64,000 nt of DNA from Alphaproteobacteria bacterium (GCA_003230015.1 QIGO01000221.1:2449-66448); one strand, 5' to 3'. Positions 31,833 to 45,151 are shown, numbered from the stretch's first letter. Made by a program: numbers and translations. The notes: generated by a model not told the origin, from the letters alone.

Positions 31833-32585
31833 TCAAGCCGCGACCGGGAACACATCGCCCGACGTAATCACGCGGCGGCCCTCCGCGCTTTCAAGCAGCA
31901 TAGCGCCATTCCGGTCCAGATCGACAAACCGCCCCGCCAACTCGCCCTTTTGAGTTCTGACGACCACCTCGCCGCCAAGATTAGCGGCCCGCTCGAGCCA
32001 AGCTTGGCGGACCGGGGAAAAACCATCCCGCTCCCAGCACTCGACCCAGACCGCCAGCCGCCCCACGATCGCCGCCAGCAGCGTCTCCACATCGACCTCC
32101 CCGCCGGCTGCCCGAACACTCGTCGCCCTGATGCCGGGGCCTTCGGGGTAGCTCGCCACATTCACCCCCATACCCACCACCAGCCAGGCCAGCGATCCAG
32201 CCCCGTCCGAGGCACTCTCCAGCAGAATGCCGGCCAGCTTTTCGCCACCGAGCAACACGTCGTTTGGCCACTTTAACATCGCCGCCGGCACCGTCGGCGC
32301 GCACGCCTCGACCCCTTCGGCGACCGCCAGGCCCACCGCAAAACTAAGCTGCATGATACTCGCCGCTTTGCCTGCGGGCCTCAGCACGACCGATGCATAG
32401 AGGTTTCCGGCGGGCGAGGCCCAGGACCGTCCATGACGGCCCCGTCCCACCGCCTGTTCCCGTGCCCAAACGATTGTCCAAGCTTTCGCCCCGGCCGCCG
32501 CCAGGACCTTTGCCTCGTCATTGGTACTGGTGACACACGCGCGGGCAATGACTTCGCAACCCGCCGGAAATCCACCCCCGGTCAT
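31833..32585 (-). CDS. birA: Biotin--[acetyl-CoA-carboxylase] ligase (group I, no DNA-binding domain)
   Basis: [20 protein letters not shown] motif; 250 aa; 4-nt overlap with nuoN. Confidence 0.88.
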   Translation of the reverse strand: MTGGGFPAGCEVIARACVTSTNDEAKVLAAAGAKAWTIVWAREQAVGRGRHGRSWASPAGNLYASVVLRPAGKAASIMQLSFAVGLAVAEGVEACAPTVPAAMLKWPNDVLLGGEKLAGILLESASDGAGSLAWLVVGMGVNVASYPEGPGIRATSVRAAGGEVDVETLLAAIVGRLAVWVECWERDGFSPVRQAWLERAANLGGEVVVRTQKGELAGRFVDLDRNGAMLLESAEGRRVITSGDVFPVAA

Positions 32586-34030
32586 GCGCTAAAGAGGACC
32601 CGAACCGCCTGCCCCGCGCCATCGAGCACCGGCGACAAAATGAGGAAAAACAGCAGCGTCACCACCCCGGTACCCACCAGGATCGCCGATATCTCCCGCC
32701 CCGGTTTGTCGAAGGCATCCGCCGGTTCATCGAAATACATCACTTTCACGATGCGCAGATAATAGAACGCCGCCACGACGCTGGTCAGCAGGCCGACCAC
32801 GGCCAGCATATAGAGTTCAGCCTCGATCGCCGCCAAAAACACATAAAACTTGCCGAAGAAACCGGCCAGCGGCGGAATGCCGGCCATCGAGAACATGAAC
32901 ACCGAGAGCACGAAGGCCATCGCCGGATTGGTCCGGCTCATCCCGGCAAGCTCATCGATACCTTCGACCATGCGTCCTTGCCGGCGCATCGCCAGAATGC
33001 AGGCAAAGGCGCCGGTATTCATGAACAGATAGATTGTCAGATAGAGCAATACCGCCTGCGCCCCGGTCTCACTCCCGGCCGCCAGCCCGACCAGCACATA
33101 ACCCATGTTACCGATTGAGCTATAGGCCATCATCCGCTTTATATTGTTCTGATTGATCGCCGCCAGCGATCCCAGGACCATGGAAGCCAGCGAGATGAAG
33201 ACGATCACCTGTTGCCACTGGTCTATCAGCCCGCCGAACGGCCCGAACATGACGCGCACGAACAGCACCATCGCGGCGATCTTCGGCGCCACCGCGAAGA
33301 AAGCGGTGACCGGCGTCGGCGCGCCTTCATAGACATCGGGTGTCCACATATGGAACGGCACCGCCGAAACCTTGAACGCCAGGCCCGCCACGATGAACAC
33401 CAGCCCGACCACCACGCCCACCGGCTGGGTACCGCCCTCGTTGGCCGCGAACACCGTGATCAAGCTGTCGAAACTGGTGGTGCCGGCGAAGCCGTACACC
33501 AGCGACATGCCGTAAAGTAGAATGCCCGAGCTCAACGCGCCCAGCACGAAATATTTCAGCCCCGCCTCCGACGACCGCAACGTGTCGCGCCGGAACGCCG
33601 CGATCACATACAGCGACAGGCTCTGCAACTCGATGCCCATATAGAGCGATATGAGATCGTTCGCCGAAACCATCATCAGCATGCCCACCACGGCATAGAC
33701 GATGAGAACGGAATACTCGAACTTGTTGATCCGCGCCCGCTCATTGTACGAAATCGCCAACAGCAGCGTCAGGGCGGCACCCAGCAATATCAGGATCTTG
33801 GCGAAAACGGCGAAACTATCGACGACGAACAGGGCATTGAATGCCAGCGTCGTTTGCCGTGCCCCGATCAGCACCAGCACCGCGGCCACCAGGAACGACA
33901 TTGCGGCCAGCCAGGCGACCAACGTCCCGGATTCTGTTTTGCGGAAAGCCCCCAGCATCAGCAGTGCCATACCGACGACCGCCAGGAAAATCTCCGGCAA
34001 CCCGGTCCCCATATCGGCAAGGATCGTCAC
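32582..34030 (-). CDS. nuoN: NADH-quinone oxidoreductase subunit N
   Basis: 482-aa polytopic antiporter-like subunit; the last gene of the nuo operon. Confidence 0.93.
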   Translation of the reverse strand: MTILADMGTGLPEIFLAVVGMALLMLGAFRKTESGTLVAWLAAMSFLVAAVLVLIGARQTTLAFNALFVVDSFAVFAKILILLGAALTLLLAISYNERARINKFEYSVLIVYAVVGMLMMVSANDLISLYMGIELQSLSLYVIAAFRRDTLRSSEAGLKYFVLGALSSGILLYGMSLVYGFAGTTSFDSLITVFAANEGGTQPVGVVVGLVFIVAGLAFKVSAVPFHMWTPDVYEGAPTPVTAFFAVAPKIAAMVLFVRVMFGPFGGLIDQWQQVIVFISLASMVLGSLAAINQNNIKRMMAYSSIGNMGYVLVGLAAGSETGAQAVLLYLTIYLFMNTGAFACILAMRRQGRMVEGIDELAGMSRTNPAMAFVLSVFMFSMAGIPPLAGFFGKFYVFLAAIEAELYMLAVVGLLTSVVAAFYYLRIVKVMYFDEPADAFDKPGREISAILVGTGVVTLLFFLILSPVLDGAGQAVRVLFSA

Positions 34031-34039
34031 TTCGCCCTC

Positions 34040-35546
34040 CTAACGCTCTGCAAAACTGGGCGTGTCGGCGGCCGCCAGCGCAGTCTGGTAGTTATCGACA
34101 ATGTTCTGAACCGCGACGTCGAAGACGTCCAAAACCGGTTGCGGATAAATGCCCAGCCACAACACCAGCACCACCAGAGGCGCGAAGATCGCGATCTCTC
34201 GCGGCTCAAGATCGAGCAAAACCTTGAGCTTCTCCTTCTCCAATTTGCCGAAAATAACCCGCCGGTAGAGATAGAGCATATAGACCGCCCCCAGGATGAT
34301 GCCCGTCGTTGCCAGGAAGGCCACGCCGGTATTGACCTGGAACACGCCCACAAGCACCAGGAATTCGCCCACGAACCCGCTCGTACCCGGCAGGCCCACC
34401 GATGCCAGCATGAAGATCATGAATACGAAGGCATAACGCGGCATGCGCTCCGCCAACCCGCCATAGTCCGAGATCTCACGGCTATGCACCCGGTCATAGA
34501 CGACACCGACGCCCAGGAACAACGCCGCCGATATCAGCCCGTGGCTGATCATTTGGAATATCGCGCCCTGCAGGCCCTGCTGGGATTCCCAGTGTCACGA
34601 AACCCATATGGGCCACCGACGAATAGGCGATGAGTTTTTTCATATCCTCCTGGGCCAGGGCCACCAGGGAGGTGTAAATGATTGCCACCACCGACAGCGA
34701 GAAGACCAGCGGCGTGAACGCTTCCGAGGCCAAGGGCAGCATCGGCAGCGAAAACCGCAGGAAGCCATAGCCACCCATTTTCAGCAGCACGGCGGCCAGA
34801 ATGACCGAGCCCGCCGTCGGCGCTTCCACATGGGCATCGGGCAGCCAGGTATGCACCGGCCACATGGGCAGCTTCACCGCGAAGGAGGCAAAAAACGCAA
34901 GCCACAGCCACATCTGCAGATTGACCGGCAGGCTCAGCGTCATCAGCGTCGGGATATCGGTCGTCCCCGCCTGCAGATACATCGTCAACAACGCCGCCAG
35001 CAGCAGAACCGACCCGGCAAGCGTGAACAGGAAGAACTTGAACGCCGAATAGACCCGTCGCGGCCCGCCCCAAATCCCGATAATGAGGAACATGGGGATC
35101 AGCACGGCTTCGAAGAATATGTAAAACAGCACGAAATCGAGCGCCAAGAAGGTGCCGATCATCAGCGTCTCAAGCACCAGGAAGGCGATCATATATTCCT
35201 TCACCTTCGAGGTGACCGCTTTCCACGACGCCAACACGCAAATCGGCGTCAGCAGGGTCGACAACAGCACGAAGAACAGCGAGATGCCGTCGACACCCAG
35301 ACTGTAGGAGATATTGAACGCGGGCAGCCACTCGCGCTTTTCGACCATCTGGAACCCGGCTGTCGACGAGTCGAAATTCAACCAGATGATCAGGCTCAGC
35401 GCGAACGTCCCCAGCGAGGTCCAGAGAGCCGCATAGCGCGCATTTCGCGCCACGATTTCCTCATCGCCCCGCACGATGACAACGATCAGCAGCGCCCCCG
35501 CCAAAGGCAGGAACGTCGTCAGGCTCAGTAAGGGAAAACTACCCAT
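34040..35546 (-). CDS. nuoM: NADH-quinone oxidoreductase subunit M, reading frame interrupted (two ORFs 34494..35546 and 34040..34552 in different frames)
   Basis: ORF 34494..35546 encodes NuoM residues 1-~320, ending ...[15 protein letters not shown] before diverging. ORF 34040..34552 encodes the remainder from the conserved ...[22 protein letters not shown]. The two are in different frames and overlap by 59 nt. Confidence 0.85.
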
Positions 35547-35558
35547 CCCGTGGTCTCC

Positions 35559-37493
35559 CTAACCGGGCTGTACAAAAAGATACCAGGAGACCAGCCCCGC
35601 CACGCCGGCCAGCATGGTGAACGCATAGTGATACAAATATCCTGATTGCATGCGTCCCGCCCGGCGCGCCAAACTCAGCGCCGCCGCGGCAACGCCGTCG
35701 GGGCCCACCCCATCGATCAGCGCCCCGTCTCCGGACTTCCATAGGCCCCGGCCAAGCACGAACATCGGCCTGACGAACAGCCGGTCGTAAAGCTCGTCGA
35801 AATACCATTTGTTGAGAATGAACCGGTAGATCCCCCGCATCCGCGCCGCCAGCATGGCCGGCAGACCCGGTATCACCATATACATGACCCAGGCCAAGAC
35901 GATACCGGCGACCGCCACGACAGTCGGCGCTTTTACCACCCAGCCGGGCAGACCCGCATGCGCCGCCTCGATCGAGGCATTCTCAGGCAGCACCAATATG
36001 GACTCCCGCCAGAACCCATCCATCCCGTCGCCGGTGAATGTCTCCACCGCCAGATACCCTGAGAAGATGGCGCCAAGAGCCAGCACCACCAGCGGTATGA
36101 TCATTACCGGCGGCGACTCGTGCGCCGCCTCGAATATCTGCGGGTCGGCTCGGGTCGGGCCATGGAATGTCATGAACAACACCCGCCACGAATAGAACGC
36201 CGTCATCAGCGCCGCCGCGATGCCTGCCCAGTAGGCGTATAACCCCAACCCTGTCGCCGACGCGAACGCCGATTCCAGAATTATATCCTTGGAATAGTAT
36301 CCGGCGAAGAACGGCACCCCCGCCAGCGCCAGGCTGCCAATCCACATCAATATGGCCGTCACCCGCATTTTCGAGAACAGGCCGCCCATTTTCCGCATGT
36401 CCTGTTCGTCTTGCATGCCGTGAATGACACTGCCGGCACCCAGAAACAGCAGTGCCTTGAAAAACGCGTGGGTCATCAGATGAAAGATCGCCGCCTGATA
36501 GGCCGAAACGCCGATGGCGAAAAACATGTAGCCAAGCTGGCTCACTGTGGAATAGGCGATCACCCGTTTGATATCGTTTTGCACCAGTCCAATGGTTGCC
36601 GCGAAGAACGCCGTCGACGCCCCGACGATTACCACGATGATCAGCGCGATCGGCGCGTATTCGAATATCGGCGACATCCTCGCCACCATGAACACGCCGG
36701 CGGTAACCATCGTTGCCGCATGGATCAGCGCCGATACCGGTGTCGGACCCTCCATGGCATCGGGCAGCCAGGTATGCAGACCGATTTGCGCCGACTTGCC
36801 CATCGCCCCCACGAACAGCAGGATCGCAATGGTCGTCAGCACGTCGACATTGAAACCAAGGAAGTTGAAACTCTGCCCCACCAGGCTCGGCGCCGCCTCG
36901 AATACCGGATCGAAGTCCAGCGTGCCGAAGGCGAAAAACACCCCGAATATACCCAGGATAAACCCGAAATCGCCAATACGGTTGACCACGAAGGCTTTGA
37001 TCGCCGCCGCATTCGCGCTGTCCCGGTCAAACCAGAACCCGATGAGCAAGTAGGAGGAGACACCCACACCCTCCCAACCGAAGAACAGCTGCAGGAAATT
37101 GTCCGCGCTCACCAGCATCAGCATGAAAAAAGTGAACAGGCTGAGGTAAGCCATGAACCGCGGAATGCCCCGATCGTGGCTCATATAACCGATGGAATAG
37201 ACATGTACCATCGAGGACACCACCGTCACGACGAACACCATCACCGCCGTCAGGGTATCGAACCGCAAGGACCAACTTGCCTGCAACGCGCCGGAATCTA
37301 TCCAGGTAAACAGCTCGATCGTGCGCTCATTCCCCAGCAGGGCGACATCGTAGAACAGCACGCTACCCAATATTGCCGAGGCCAGCATCGGCAGTACCGT
37401 GGCCAATTGGGCCCCCCGGTCGCCCAGGCGCCTGCCCGTCGCCGCGACGATCAGGCAGCCGGCGAGAGGCAGAAAAACCACCAATACATGCAT
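35559..37493 (-). CDS. nuoL: NADH-quinone oxidoreductase subunit L
   Basis: 644-aa antiporter-like subunit with a long C-terminal extension. Confidence 0.93.
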   Translation of the reverse strand: MHVLVVFLPLAGCLIVAATGRRLGDRGAQLATVLPMLASAILGSVLFYDVALLGNERTIELFTWIDSGALQASWSLRFDTLTAVMVFVVTVVSSMVHVYSIGYMSHDRGIPRFMAYLSLFTFFMLMLVSADNFLQLFFGWEGVGVSSYLLIGFWFDRDSANAAAIKAFVVNRIGDFGFILGIFGVFFAFGTLDFDPVFEAAPSLVGQSFNFLGFNVDVLTTIAILLFVGAMGKSAQIGLHTWLPDAMEGPTPVSALIHAATMVTAGVFMVARMSPIFEYAPIALIIVVIVGASTAFFAATIGLVQNDIKRVIAYSTVSQLGYMFFAIGVSAYQAAIFHLMTHAFFKALLFLGAGSVIHGMQDEQDMRKMGGLFSKMRVTAILMWIGSLALAGVPFFAGYYSKDIILESAFASATGLGLYAYWAGIAAALMTAFYSWRVLFMTFHGPTRADPQIFEAAHESPPVMIIPLVVLALGAIFSGYLAVETFTGDGMDGFWRESILVLPENASIEAAHAGLPGWVVKAPTVVAVAGIVLAWVMYMVIPGLPAMLAARMRGIYRFILNKWYFDELYDRLFVRPMFVLGRGLWKSGDGALIDGVGPDGVAAAALSLARRAGRMQSGYLYHYAFTMLAGVAGLVSWYLFVQPG

Positions 37494-37497
37494 CGGG

Positions 37498-37812
37498 CTA
37501 GCCCTTCATCATATTGATATCTTCCACCGCGATGGAGCCGCGGTTGCGGAAATACACCACCAGAATCGCCAGCCCGATGGACGCTTCCGCCGCCGCGACG
37601 GTCAACACGAACAGCGCAAAGATTTGCCCCACCAGATCGCCGAGACTGGCCGAGAACGCCACCAGATTGATATTCACGGCCAATAGCATGAGTTCGATCG
37701 ACATCAGGATGATGATCACATTCTTGCGGTTCAGGAATATCCCGAAGATGCCCAGCGTGAACAGGATCCCGGCGACGGTCAGATAATGGGCTAAACCGAT
37801 CTCCAGCATCAC
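37498..37812 (-). CDS. nuoK: NADH-quinone oxidoreductase subunit K
   Basis: 104-aa protein with three TM segments, typical NuoK sequence. Confidence 0.92.
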   Translation of the reverse strand: MMLEIGLAHYLTVAGILFTLGIFGIFLNRKNVIIILMSIELMLLAVNINLVAFSASLGDLVGQIFALFVLTVAAAEASIGLAILVVYFRNRGSIAVEDINMMKG

Positions 37813-38435
37813 GCACCACTCCCCGTCGGCACTTTCTTGACTTCGATCACATCGGCCGCGCGCCGGTCGAGCTGGTTCGAGATCACTTGCCGTTTAACCC
37901 CGTCGCGCCGCCGCAAGGTCAACACGATCGCCCCTATCATCGCCACCAGCAGCACCAGTCCGGCGGCTTGGAACAGGTAGATGAAATCCGTATAGATCAA
38001 CCGCCCAAGAGCCTCTGTATTGCTCATTTCGCTCAGCGGCGGCGTCGGCGAAACGGCCACCGCGGTGGCCTCGGACGAAATCACCCAACTGCCGAATATC
38101 AAGACAAGTTCGGCCAGCAGCACCAGACCGATCGCCGCCCCGATGGGCAGATACTGCAAAAATCCGCTCCGCATCTCGGCGAAGTTGATATCCAGCATCA
38201 TCACCACGAACAGGAACAAGACCGCCACCGCGCCCACATAGACGACGACCATGATCATTGCCAGGAACTCCGCCCCCAGCAGCACGAACAGCCCGGCGGC
38301 ATTGAAGAATGTCAGGATCAGATACAGCACCGAATGCACCGGGTTGCGGGCCGAGATAACCATCGCGCCCGAAGCCACCGCCACCGCCGCGAACAGATAG
38401 AACGCCAGCGCCTGAATGATCATCGGCGACCCCAA
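37809..38435 (-). CDS. nuoJ: NADH-quinone oxidoreductase subunit J
   Basis: 208-aa membrane protein with a NuoJ-like N-terminus ([23 protein letters not shown]). Confidence 0.9.
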   Translation of the reverse strand: MGSPMIIQALAFYLFAAVAVASGAMVISARNPVHSVLYLILTFFNAAGLFVLLGAEFLAMIMVVVYVGAVAVLFLFVVMMLDINFAEMRSGFLQYLPIGAAIGLVLLAELVLIFGSWVISSEATAVAVSPTPPLSEMSNTEALGRLIYTDFIYLFQAAGLVLLVAMIGAIVLTLRRRDGVKRQVISNQLDRRAADVIEVKKVPTGSGA

Positions 38436-38477
38436 TCCGCTTTACCAACCAACATCCTGCTCTCCGTCGCCGGCCGC

Positions 38478-38966
38478 TCAGCGGTAAGGCGCATCGGCTC
38501 TCAGCGCTTGCGCGATCGCGGTTTCCCAGCGGTCGCCGTTTTCCAGCAGCTTTGCCTTGTTGTACATCAACTCCTCGCGCGTCTCGGTCGCGAACTCGAA
38601 ATTCGGTCCCTCGACGATCGCGTCCACCGGACACGCCTCCTCGCAAAATCCGCAATAGATGCACTTGGTCATATCGATGTCGTAACGCGTCGTCCGGCGG
38701 CTGCCGTCGTCGCGCGGTTCCGCCTCGATGGTGATCGCTTGTGCCGGACAGATCGCCTCGCACAATTTGCACGCGATACAACGTTCCTCGCCGTTCGGGT
38801 AGCGCCGCAACGCATGCTCGCCCCGGAAGCGCGGGCTGATCGGCCCCTTTTCGTAGGGATAGTTCAGCGTCACCTTGCGTTTGAAGAAATAGCGCAGCGT
38901 CAGCCACATGCCCGCGGCAATCTCACCCAGCAGCAGTGCCCGCGCGTTCCGATCGATAAATGCCAT
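38478..38966 (-). CDS. nuoI: NADH-quinone oxidoreductase subunit I (2x[4Fe-4S] ferredoxin)
   Basis: Two CxxCxxCxxxCP motifs ([24 protein letters not shown]). Confidence 0.94.
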   Translation of the reverse strand: MAFIDRNARALLLGEIAAGMWLTLRYFFKRKVTLNYPYEKGPISPRFRGEHALRRYPNGEERCIACKLCEAICPAQAITIEAEPRDDGSRRTTRYDIDMTKCIYCGFCEEACPVDAIVEGPNFEFATETREELMYNKAKLLENGDRWETAIAQALRADAPYR

Positions 38967-38984
38967 GGCTCTCTCCCGCCCGCC

Positions 38985-39995
38985 TTACGCCGGTAGCCAG
39001 TCGAAGGCCACGAGCACGCCGGCCGTCAACACCACCCAAAGCAGCGAGAACGGCAGAAAAACCTTCCAGCCCAGGCGCATCAGTTGATCGTAGCGGTAAC
39101 GCGGCAGCGTCGCCCGAACCCACAGGAAAACAAACAGGATCATCGCGATTTTCAGGGCAAACCACACCACCCCGGGAATCCAGGTGAACGGGGCGATGGC
39201 AAATGGCGGCAGCCACCCGCCCAGGAACAGGATCACCGTCATCGCGCTCATCAAAATCATGCTGATATATTCGCCCAGGAAGAACAGCGCGAAGGCCATC
39301 GACGAATATTCGACATTATAGCCCGTGACCAGCTCCGCCTCTGCCTCCGGCAGATCGAATGGCGCCCGGTTGGTTTCCGCCAACGCCGACACCACGAAAA
39401 TCACGAACATGGGGAACAGCGGGATAAAGAACCAAACGGTCTCCTGCGCCCGCACGATGTCGGAAAGATTGAGCGACCCCGCCACCAGCAGCACCGTAAC
39501 GATGACGAAGCCGATAGAGACTTCGTAGGAGACCATTTGCGCCGCCGAGCGCAATGCCCCCAAAAACGCGTATTTCGAGTTCGACGCCCAGCCCGCCATG
39601 ATGATGCCATAGACACCCAGAGAACTGATCGCGAACAGATAGAGAATACCCACATTGATATCGGCGATCACCCAGCCTTCATTGAAGGGAATAACCGCCC
39701 AGCCCACCAGGGCCAGCGAGAAGGTCAACACCGGCGCGATCAGGAACACACCGCGGTTGGCACCCGTCGGCAGCACCGTCTCCTTGATCATCAGCTTCAG
39801 CGCGTCTGCGAACGGCTGTAGCAGCCCGAACGGCCCCACCACATTGGGCCCCATACGCAACTGCATGAACCCGATGACCTTGCGTTCGGCATAGGTGAGA
39901 TAGGCCATGGATAACAGCACGACCGCCATCACACCGATGATTTGCGCCAGCATGATCAGCGTCGGCAAGGCATAGCCCGTCCAGAATTCAGCCAT
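38985..39995 (-). CDS. nuoH: NADH-quinone oxidoreductase subunit H
   Basis: The start was chosen at MAEFWTG (internal Met of ORF 38985..40025). It overlaps the nuoG stop by 8 nt. Confidence 0.92.
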   Translation of the reverse strand: MAEFWTGYALPTLIMLAQIIGVMAVVLLSMAYLTYAERKVIGFMQLRMGPNVVGPFGLLQPFADALKLMIKETVLPTGANRGVFLIAPVLTFSLALVGWAVIPFNEGWVIADINVGILYLFAISSLGVYGIIMAGWASNSKYAFLGALRSAAQMVSYEVSIGFVIVTVLLVAGSLNLSDIVRAQETVWFFIPLFPMFVIFVVSALAETNRAPFDLPEAEAELVTGYNVEYSSMAFALFFLGEYISMILMSAMTVILFLGGWLPPFAIAPFTWIPGVVWFALKIAMILFVFLWVRATLPRYRYDQLMRLGWKVFLPFSLLWVVLTAGVLVAFDWLPA

Positions 39996-42051
39996 GAGTG
40001 CCGGTCCCCTGCTGCTTGGGAACAACGAACGCTTGCGCGCAATGGGCCATGGTCTCCGACGCCCGGCTTATGGCATCGGTCATATAGAAATTCGCCACCG
40101 GCGGTACGAAGGTCCGCGTTCCCATCGGTCCGGATTCGCCGAAATCGCCCCAGGCCGCCGGCACCACCTCGTCCACCCGGTCGAAATGGGCATTAACGGC
40201 CACCAGCCGCCGCCGCACATCGCCCAGGGAACTCACCGCGATACCGGCCCCCAAAACGTCCGACAACGCCCGGATGATTGTCCAGTCTTCGCGGGCCTCG
40301 CCCATCGGCGCCGTCGCCATCCGGCCCAGCTGCACCCGGCCTTCTGTATTCACGTAAGTGCCGTTTTTCTCCGTATAGGCGGCACCGGGCAGAATGACGT
40401 CGGCGCGATGCGCGCCGGCATCCCCATGATGCCCCTGATAGATGACAAAGGCCTCACCCAATTGGGTCATATCTATCTCGTCCGCGCCCAGCAGATAAAC
40501 CACTTCGATTGAACCATCGCCCGCACCCTTGAGAATGCCGGCAACGTCCAGCCCAACCGCGCCCGGTACGAGACCCAGATCGAGGCCGCCAACCCGCGCC
40601 GCGGCCTGATGCAAAACATTAAAGCCGTTCCAATCCTCGCCGATCATTCCCAGGCTGTCGGCTGCCTGCCGGGCTGCCGCCAAAACCGCGGCACCATCGG
40701 TTCGCGCCAGGGCGGCCGTGCCGACGATCACCGCCGCGCGTTCCGCCGCCTTCAATATATCGGCAAAAGGATGGTTTCCCTGCGCCACATCCATCAGCGT
40801 CTCCGGCCCCGCCCCCAGAATGTCGCACGGATAGGTCAGATCTTGCGCCAGCCCGATCATCCCGGCCTTGAGGTCCCGCCGCAGCCAGGCTTTACGCAGC
40901 CGCGTATTCACCAGCGGCGCTTCCCAACGCGGGTTGGTGCCCACCAGCAGCACCGCGTCGGCATCTTCCAGCCCCGCGATTGTCGAATTAAGCAAATAGG
41001 CAGACCGGGTGGCGGTATCGAACTTCGCCCCTTCCTGCCGGCAGTCGATATTCGCCGAGCCCAGATTTGCCATCAGATCCTTCAGGCACACCATCGCTTC
41101 GGCGTCGCACAGATCGCCGGTAATCGCCGCCATCCGGCTGCCGTCCAGGCCCTTCACCCGTGCCGCGATCGCCGCGAAGGCTTCCGCCCAGCTCGCCTCG
41201 CGCAGGGCACCGTCCCGGCGCACATAGGGCCTGTCCAACCGCTGCCGCCGCAAACCGTCGCAAGCATAACGCGACTTGTCCGACAGCCACTCTTCGTTGA
41301 TATCCTCATGCAGCCTGGGCAGCACCCGCATCACTTCGGCACCCCGGGCGTCGACCCGAATGGCGCTGCCCACCGCGTCGAGCACATCGACGCTCTCGGT
41401 CTTCTTTAGCTCCCAGGGCCGCGCCGCGAAGGCATAGGGCTTCGATGTCAGCGCCCCCACCGGGCACAGATCGATGACGTTGGCGCTAAGCTCTGAATCC
41501 AGCGCCTTTTCGAGATAAGTCGTGATCTCCGCATTCTCGCCGCGCCCCAGCAGCCCCAGCTCCGGCACCCCGGCGATCTCGGTGACAAAACGCACACAGC
41601 GTGTGCAGTGAATACAACGGGTCATCTCCGTCTCGATCAGCGGCCCCATATATTTGTCGCTGACCGCCCGCTTGTGTTCTTGATAGCGCGAGTGATCGAT
41701 GCCATAGGCCATGGCCTGATCCTGCAGATCGCACTCCCCGCCCTGATCGCAGATCGGACAGTCCAGCGGATGGTTGATCAGCAGGAATTCCATGACGCCG
41801 TTGCGCGCCTTTTTCACCGTATCGGTATCGGTGCGGATAACCATGCCGTCGCCCACCGGCATCGCACAGGAAGCGATCGGTTTCGGCGCCCGCTCCATTT
41901 CCACCAGACACATGCGGCAATTTCCGGCAATCGACAGCCGTTCGTGATAACAGAACCGCGGCACTTCTTTGCCGGCCATCTCGCACGCCTGTAAAACCGT
42001 GATGCCGGCCGGCACCTCGATCTCTGTATCGTCGATTGTCAGTTTCGGCAT
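39988..42051 (-). CDS. nuoG: NADH-quinone oxidoreductase subunit G
   Basis: 687-aa protein with N-terminal 2Fe-2S and 4Fe-4S cysteine clusters ([15 protein letters not shown]..., [14 protein letters not shown]). Confidence 0.94.
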   Translation of the reverse strand: MPKLTIDDTEIEVPAGITVLQACEMAGKEVPRFCYHERLSIAGNCRMCLVEMERAPKPIASCAMPVGDGMVIRTDTDTVKKARNGVMEFLLINHPLDCPICDQGGECDLQDQAMAYGIDHSRYQEHKRAVSDKYMGPLIETEMTRCIHCTRCVRFVTEIAGVPELGLLGRGENAEITTYLEKALDSELSANVIDLCPVGALTSKPYAFAARPWELKKTESVDVLDAVGSAIRVDARGAEVMRVLPRLHEDINEEWLSDKSRYACDGLRRQRLDRPYVRRDGALREASWAEAFAAIAARVKGLDGSRMAAITGDLCDAEAMVCLKDLMANLGSANIDCRQEGAKFDTATRSAYLLNSTIAGLEDADAVLLVGTNPRWEAPLVNTRLRKAWLRRDLKAGMIGLAQDLTYPCDILGAGPETLMDVAQGNHPFADILKAAERAAVIVGTAALARTDGAAVLAAARQAADSLGMIGEDWNGFNVLHQAAARVGGLDLGLVPGAVGLDVAGILKGAGDGSIEVVYLLGADEIDMTQLGEAFVIYQGHHGDAGAHRADVILPGAAYTEKNGTYVNTEGRVQLGRMATAPMGEAREDWTIIRALSDVLGAGIAVSSLGDVRRRLVAVNAHFDRVDEVVPAAWGDFGESGPMGTRTFVPPVANFYMTDAISRASETMAHCAQAFVVPKQQGTGTHG

Positions 42052-42055
42052 CGCA

Positions 42056-43351
42056 TCACTCCGCCGCCACCGGTTGTTGCTCTAGCAATTTGCGCTCCAG
42101 TATGCGGCGCTCCATTTCCGGCCTGAAATTCCGGATCAAGCCTTGAATCGGCCATGCCGCGGCATCGCCAAGCGCGCAAATCGTATGCCCCTCGACTTGC
42201 CGCGAAACCTCTTCCAACAAGTCGATTTCCTCGATCTCGGCTTCGCCCCGCACCATCCGCGACATCACCCGATACATCCAGCCCGTGCCCTCGCGGCACG
42301 GCGTGCATTGGCCGCAGCTCTCATGTTTGTAGAAATGCGCCAACCTCTCGATGGCCGCGACGATATCCGTCGACTTGTCCATCACGATCACCGCCGCCGT
42401 ACCCAGGCCCGACCGCGCTTCGCGCAAGCTGTCGAAATCCATCAGGATATCGTCACAAACCTCGGTTGGGAGGCACGGCACCGAGGACCCCCCCGGAATC
42501 ACAGTCAGCAGATTGTCCCAGCCCCCGCGCACCCCGCCGGCATGTTTTTCCAACAGCTCGCGCAACGGGATGCCCATGGCCTCCTCGACATTGCACGGAT
42601 TATTCACATGCCCGGAAATGCAGAACAGCTTGGTGCCGGTATTGTTGGGCCGCCCGATACCGGAAAACCACCCCGAACCCCGCCGCAGGATCGTCGGCCC
42701 CACGGCGATCGTCTCCACGTTATTGACCGTCGTCGGACAGCCATAGAGCCCCGATGCCGCCGGAAAGGGCGGTTTCAGCCTTGGCTGCCCTTTTTTGCCT
42801 TCCAGGCTTTCCAGCAGCGCCGTCTCTTCGCCGCAGATATAGGCACCGGCGCCACGATGCAGATAAAGCTCGAAATCCCAACCCGAGCCACAGGCATTTT
42901 TACCGATAAGCCCCGCTTCATAGGCCTCGTCGATGGCCTGCTGCACATGGCTGGCTTCGCCGTAGAATTCGCCGCGAATATAGATATAGCCCGCATTCGC
43001 GCCCATCGCGAAGCCGGCGATCAGGCACCCCTCGATCAGCAGATGCGGATCGTACCGCAGGATTTCCCGGTCCTTGCAGGTACCCGGCTCCGACTCGTCC
43101 GCGTTGACCACCAGATAACAGGGCCGCCCGTCGGACTCCTTGGGCATGAACGACCATTTGACCCCGGTCGGAAAGCCGGCCCCACCGCGCCCGCGCAAAC
43201 CCGACTCCTTCATCTCTTCGATGATTTTGTCGCGGCCCAAATCGATCAGCGCCTTTGTATTGTCCCAAATACCTCGCCGCTGCGCCCCCGCCAGTCCCCA
43301 ATCGTCTTGGCCGTATAGATTGCGGAAGATCCGGTCGGCGTCACTCAGCAT
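42056..43351 (-). CDS. nuoF: NADH-quinone oxidoreductase subunit F
   Basis: The start was chosen at [14 protein letters not shown], which gives the classic TAATG stop/start overlap with nuoE. FMN/NADH-binding motif [10 protein letters not shown]. Confidence 0.93.
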   Translation of the reverse strand: MLSDADRIFRNLYGQDDWGLAGAQRRGIWDNTKALIDLGRDKIIEEMKESGLRGRGGAGFPTGVKWSFMPKESDGRPCYLVVNADESEPGTCKDREILRYDPHLLIEGCLIAGFAMGANAGYIYIRGEFYGEASHVQQAIDEAYEAGLIGKNACGSGWDFELYLHRGAGAYICGEETALLESLEGKKGQPRLKPPFPAASGLYGCPTTVNNVETIAVGPTILRRGSGWFSGIGRPNNTGTKLFCISGHVNNPCNVEEAMGIPLRELLEKHAGGVRGGWDNLLTVIPGGSSVPCLPTEVCDDILMDFDSLREARSGLGTAAVIVMDKSTDIVAAIERLAHFYKHESCGQCTPCREGTGWMYRVMSRMVRGEAEIEEIDLLEEVSRQVEGHTICALGDAAAWPIQGLIRNFRPEMERRILERKLLEQQPVAAE

Positions 43352-43974
43352 TATTCCGCCCCTGCCCGCGACGGGCTGGGCAGATCGGTCAGGCTCGTCC
43401 ACTCGCCCACCGGCTCCGAACCCTTGCGCCCGGTTTGCGGTCCCGGTTTCGGGGTCTCGCCCCGCTTCATCGCCTCCAGCAGTTCGGTTAGCTTCTCCGG
43501 CGTCAAATCCTCGTAATAATCGTCATTGATCTGCACCATCGGCGCGTTGCAGCACGCCCCCAGACACTCGACTTCCACCACCGTGAGCAACCCGTCTTCG
43601 CTATTTTCACCCAGCCCGCATCCGGCCGCCGCGATTGCCGCTTTTGTTAGGTCATCCGATCCCCGCAGCCAACAGGGCGTCGTCCGGCACACTTGCACGA
43701 AATACCGCCCTACCGGCTTCAAGTTGAACATCGAATAGAATGTCGCCACCTCGAGGACACGGATTTTCGGCATCCCCAGAGTGCCGGCCACATGTTCAAT
43801 CGCCGCCAGTGGCAGCCAACCGCCATTCTGCCGCTGCGCCAGATCCAGCGCCGCGATCACCGCGCTACTGCCGCGGCCCTCCGGATAGTGGCTGATGATC
43901 TTATCGAGACGTTCGACATTCTCGGCATTGAAGGCGAATGCGCCACCCGCTCCGTTTCCGGCTTCCATCGTCAT
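43351..43974 (-). CDS. nuoE: NADH-quinone oxidoreductase subunit E
   Basis: Thioredoxin-like 2Fe-2S subunit (CRTTPC...CLGAC) with a C-terminal extension. Confidence 0.92.
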   Translation of the reverse strand: MTMEAGNGAGGAFAFNAENVERLDKIISHYPEGRGSSAVIAALDLAQRQNGGWLPLAAIEHVAGTLGMPKIRVLEVATFYSMFNLKPVGRYFVQVCRTTPCWLRGSDDLTKAAIAAAGCGLGENSEDGLLTVVEVECLGACCNAPMVQINDDYYEDLTPEKLTELLEAMKRGETPKPGPQTGRKGSEPVGEWTSLTDLPSPSRAGAE

Positions 43975-45149
43975 CGATCGATCTCTCCGAACACGATATC
44001 CAGACTGCCGATGACCGCCGGTATGTCGGCGAGCATGTGGCCCCGCGTCAATTTGTCCAGTGCTTGCAGAAACGCGAATCCCGGCGCCCGTATCTTGCAG
44101 CGGTACGGCTTGTTGGTCCCATCCGCCACCAGATAAACTCCAAACTCACCCTTCGGCGCTTCCACCGCGGTGTAGGTTTCACCCGCCGGCACGTGATAGC
44201 CCTCGGTATAGAGTTTGAAATGGTGGATCAGCGCCTCCATCGACTGTTTCAGCTCCGCCCGGCTAGGCGGCGCGATCTTGTGGTCCCGCGACGATACCGG
44301 CCCCTCCGGTATTTGCGCCAAACATTGCGCCATGATTTTCAGGCTTTCGCGCATTTCCACGACCCGCACCAGATAGCGTGCGTAACAGTCGCCGGTTTTG
44401 CCGATGGGAATATCGAAGTCGAGCCGGTCATAGACTTCATAGGGCTGCGCCTTGCGCAAATCCCAAGCAGCACCCGAGGCCCTCAAGACCGGCCCCGTGA
44501 GGCCCCAGCTATTGGCCTCGTCAACCGAGATGATGCCGATATCCACGGTCCGTTGTTTGAAAATGCGGTTGTCGGTAAGCAGCGTCTCCATATCGTCGAT
44601 AAATTTCGGGAATGACTCGATGAAGGCGGCGATATCCTCGGCCAGCCCCGTCGGCATATCCTGATGCACACCCCCGGGCCGGAAATAGGCGGCATGCAAT
44701 CGCGCCCCCGAGACCCGCTCATAGAACTCCATCAGGATTTCCCGTTGCTCGAAGCCCCACAGCAACGGCGTCATCGCGCCCACATCCAGCGCATAGGTCG
44801 TCAGGTTGAGAATATGGTTCAGTATCCGCGAGATCTCACAGAACAAGACCCGGATATACTGCCCCCGTTCCGGCACCTCGATCCCCAGCAGCTTTTCCAC
44901 TGCCAAGGCGAAGGCATGCTCTTGCGACATCGGCGCGACATAGTCCAGCCGGTCGAAATACGGCACCGCCTGCAGATACGTCTTATACTCGATAAGCTTC
45001 TCGGTTCCCCGATGCAGCAGGCCGATATGGGGATCGGCCCGCTCCACGATCTCGCCATCCATCTCCAGCACCAGCCGCAGCACGCCATGGGTCGCGGGAT
45101 GTTGCGGGCCGACATTCAGGGTCATATTCTTGATCGCGACTTCAGACAT
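43971..45149 (-). CDS. nuoD: NADH-quinone oxidoreductase subunit D
   Basis: 392 aa; [18 protein letters not shown]... Confidence 0.95.
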   Translation of the reverse strand: MSEVAIKNMTLNVGPQHPATHGVLRLVLEMDGEIVERADPHIGLLHRGTEKLIEYKTYLQAVPYFDRLDYVAPMSQEHAFALAVEKLLGIEVPERGQYIRVLFCEISRILNHILNLTTYALDVGAMTPLLWGFEQREILMEFYERVSGARLHAAYFRPGGVHQDMPTGLAEDIAAFIESFPKFIDDMETLLTDNRIFKQRTVDIGIISVDEANSWGLTGPVLRASGAAWDLRKAQPYEVYDRLDFDIPIGKTGDCYARYLVRVVEMRESLKIMAQCLAQIPEGPVSSRDHKIAPPSRAELKQSMEALIHHFKLYTEGYHVPAGETYTAVEAPKGEFGVYLVADGTNKPYRCKIRAPGFAFLQALDKLTRGHMLADIPAVIGSLDIVFGEIDR

Positions 45150-45151
45150 GG

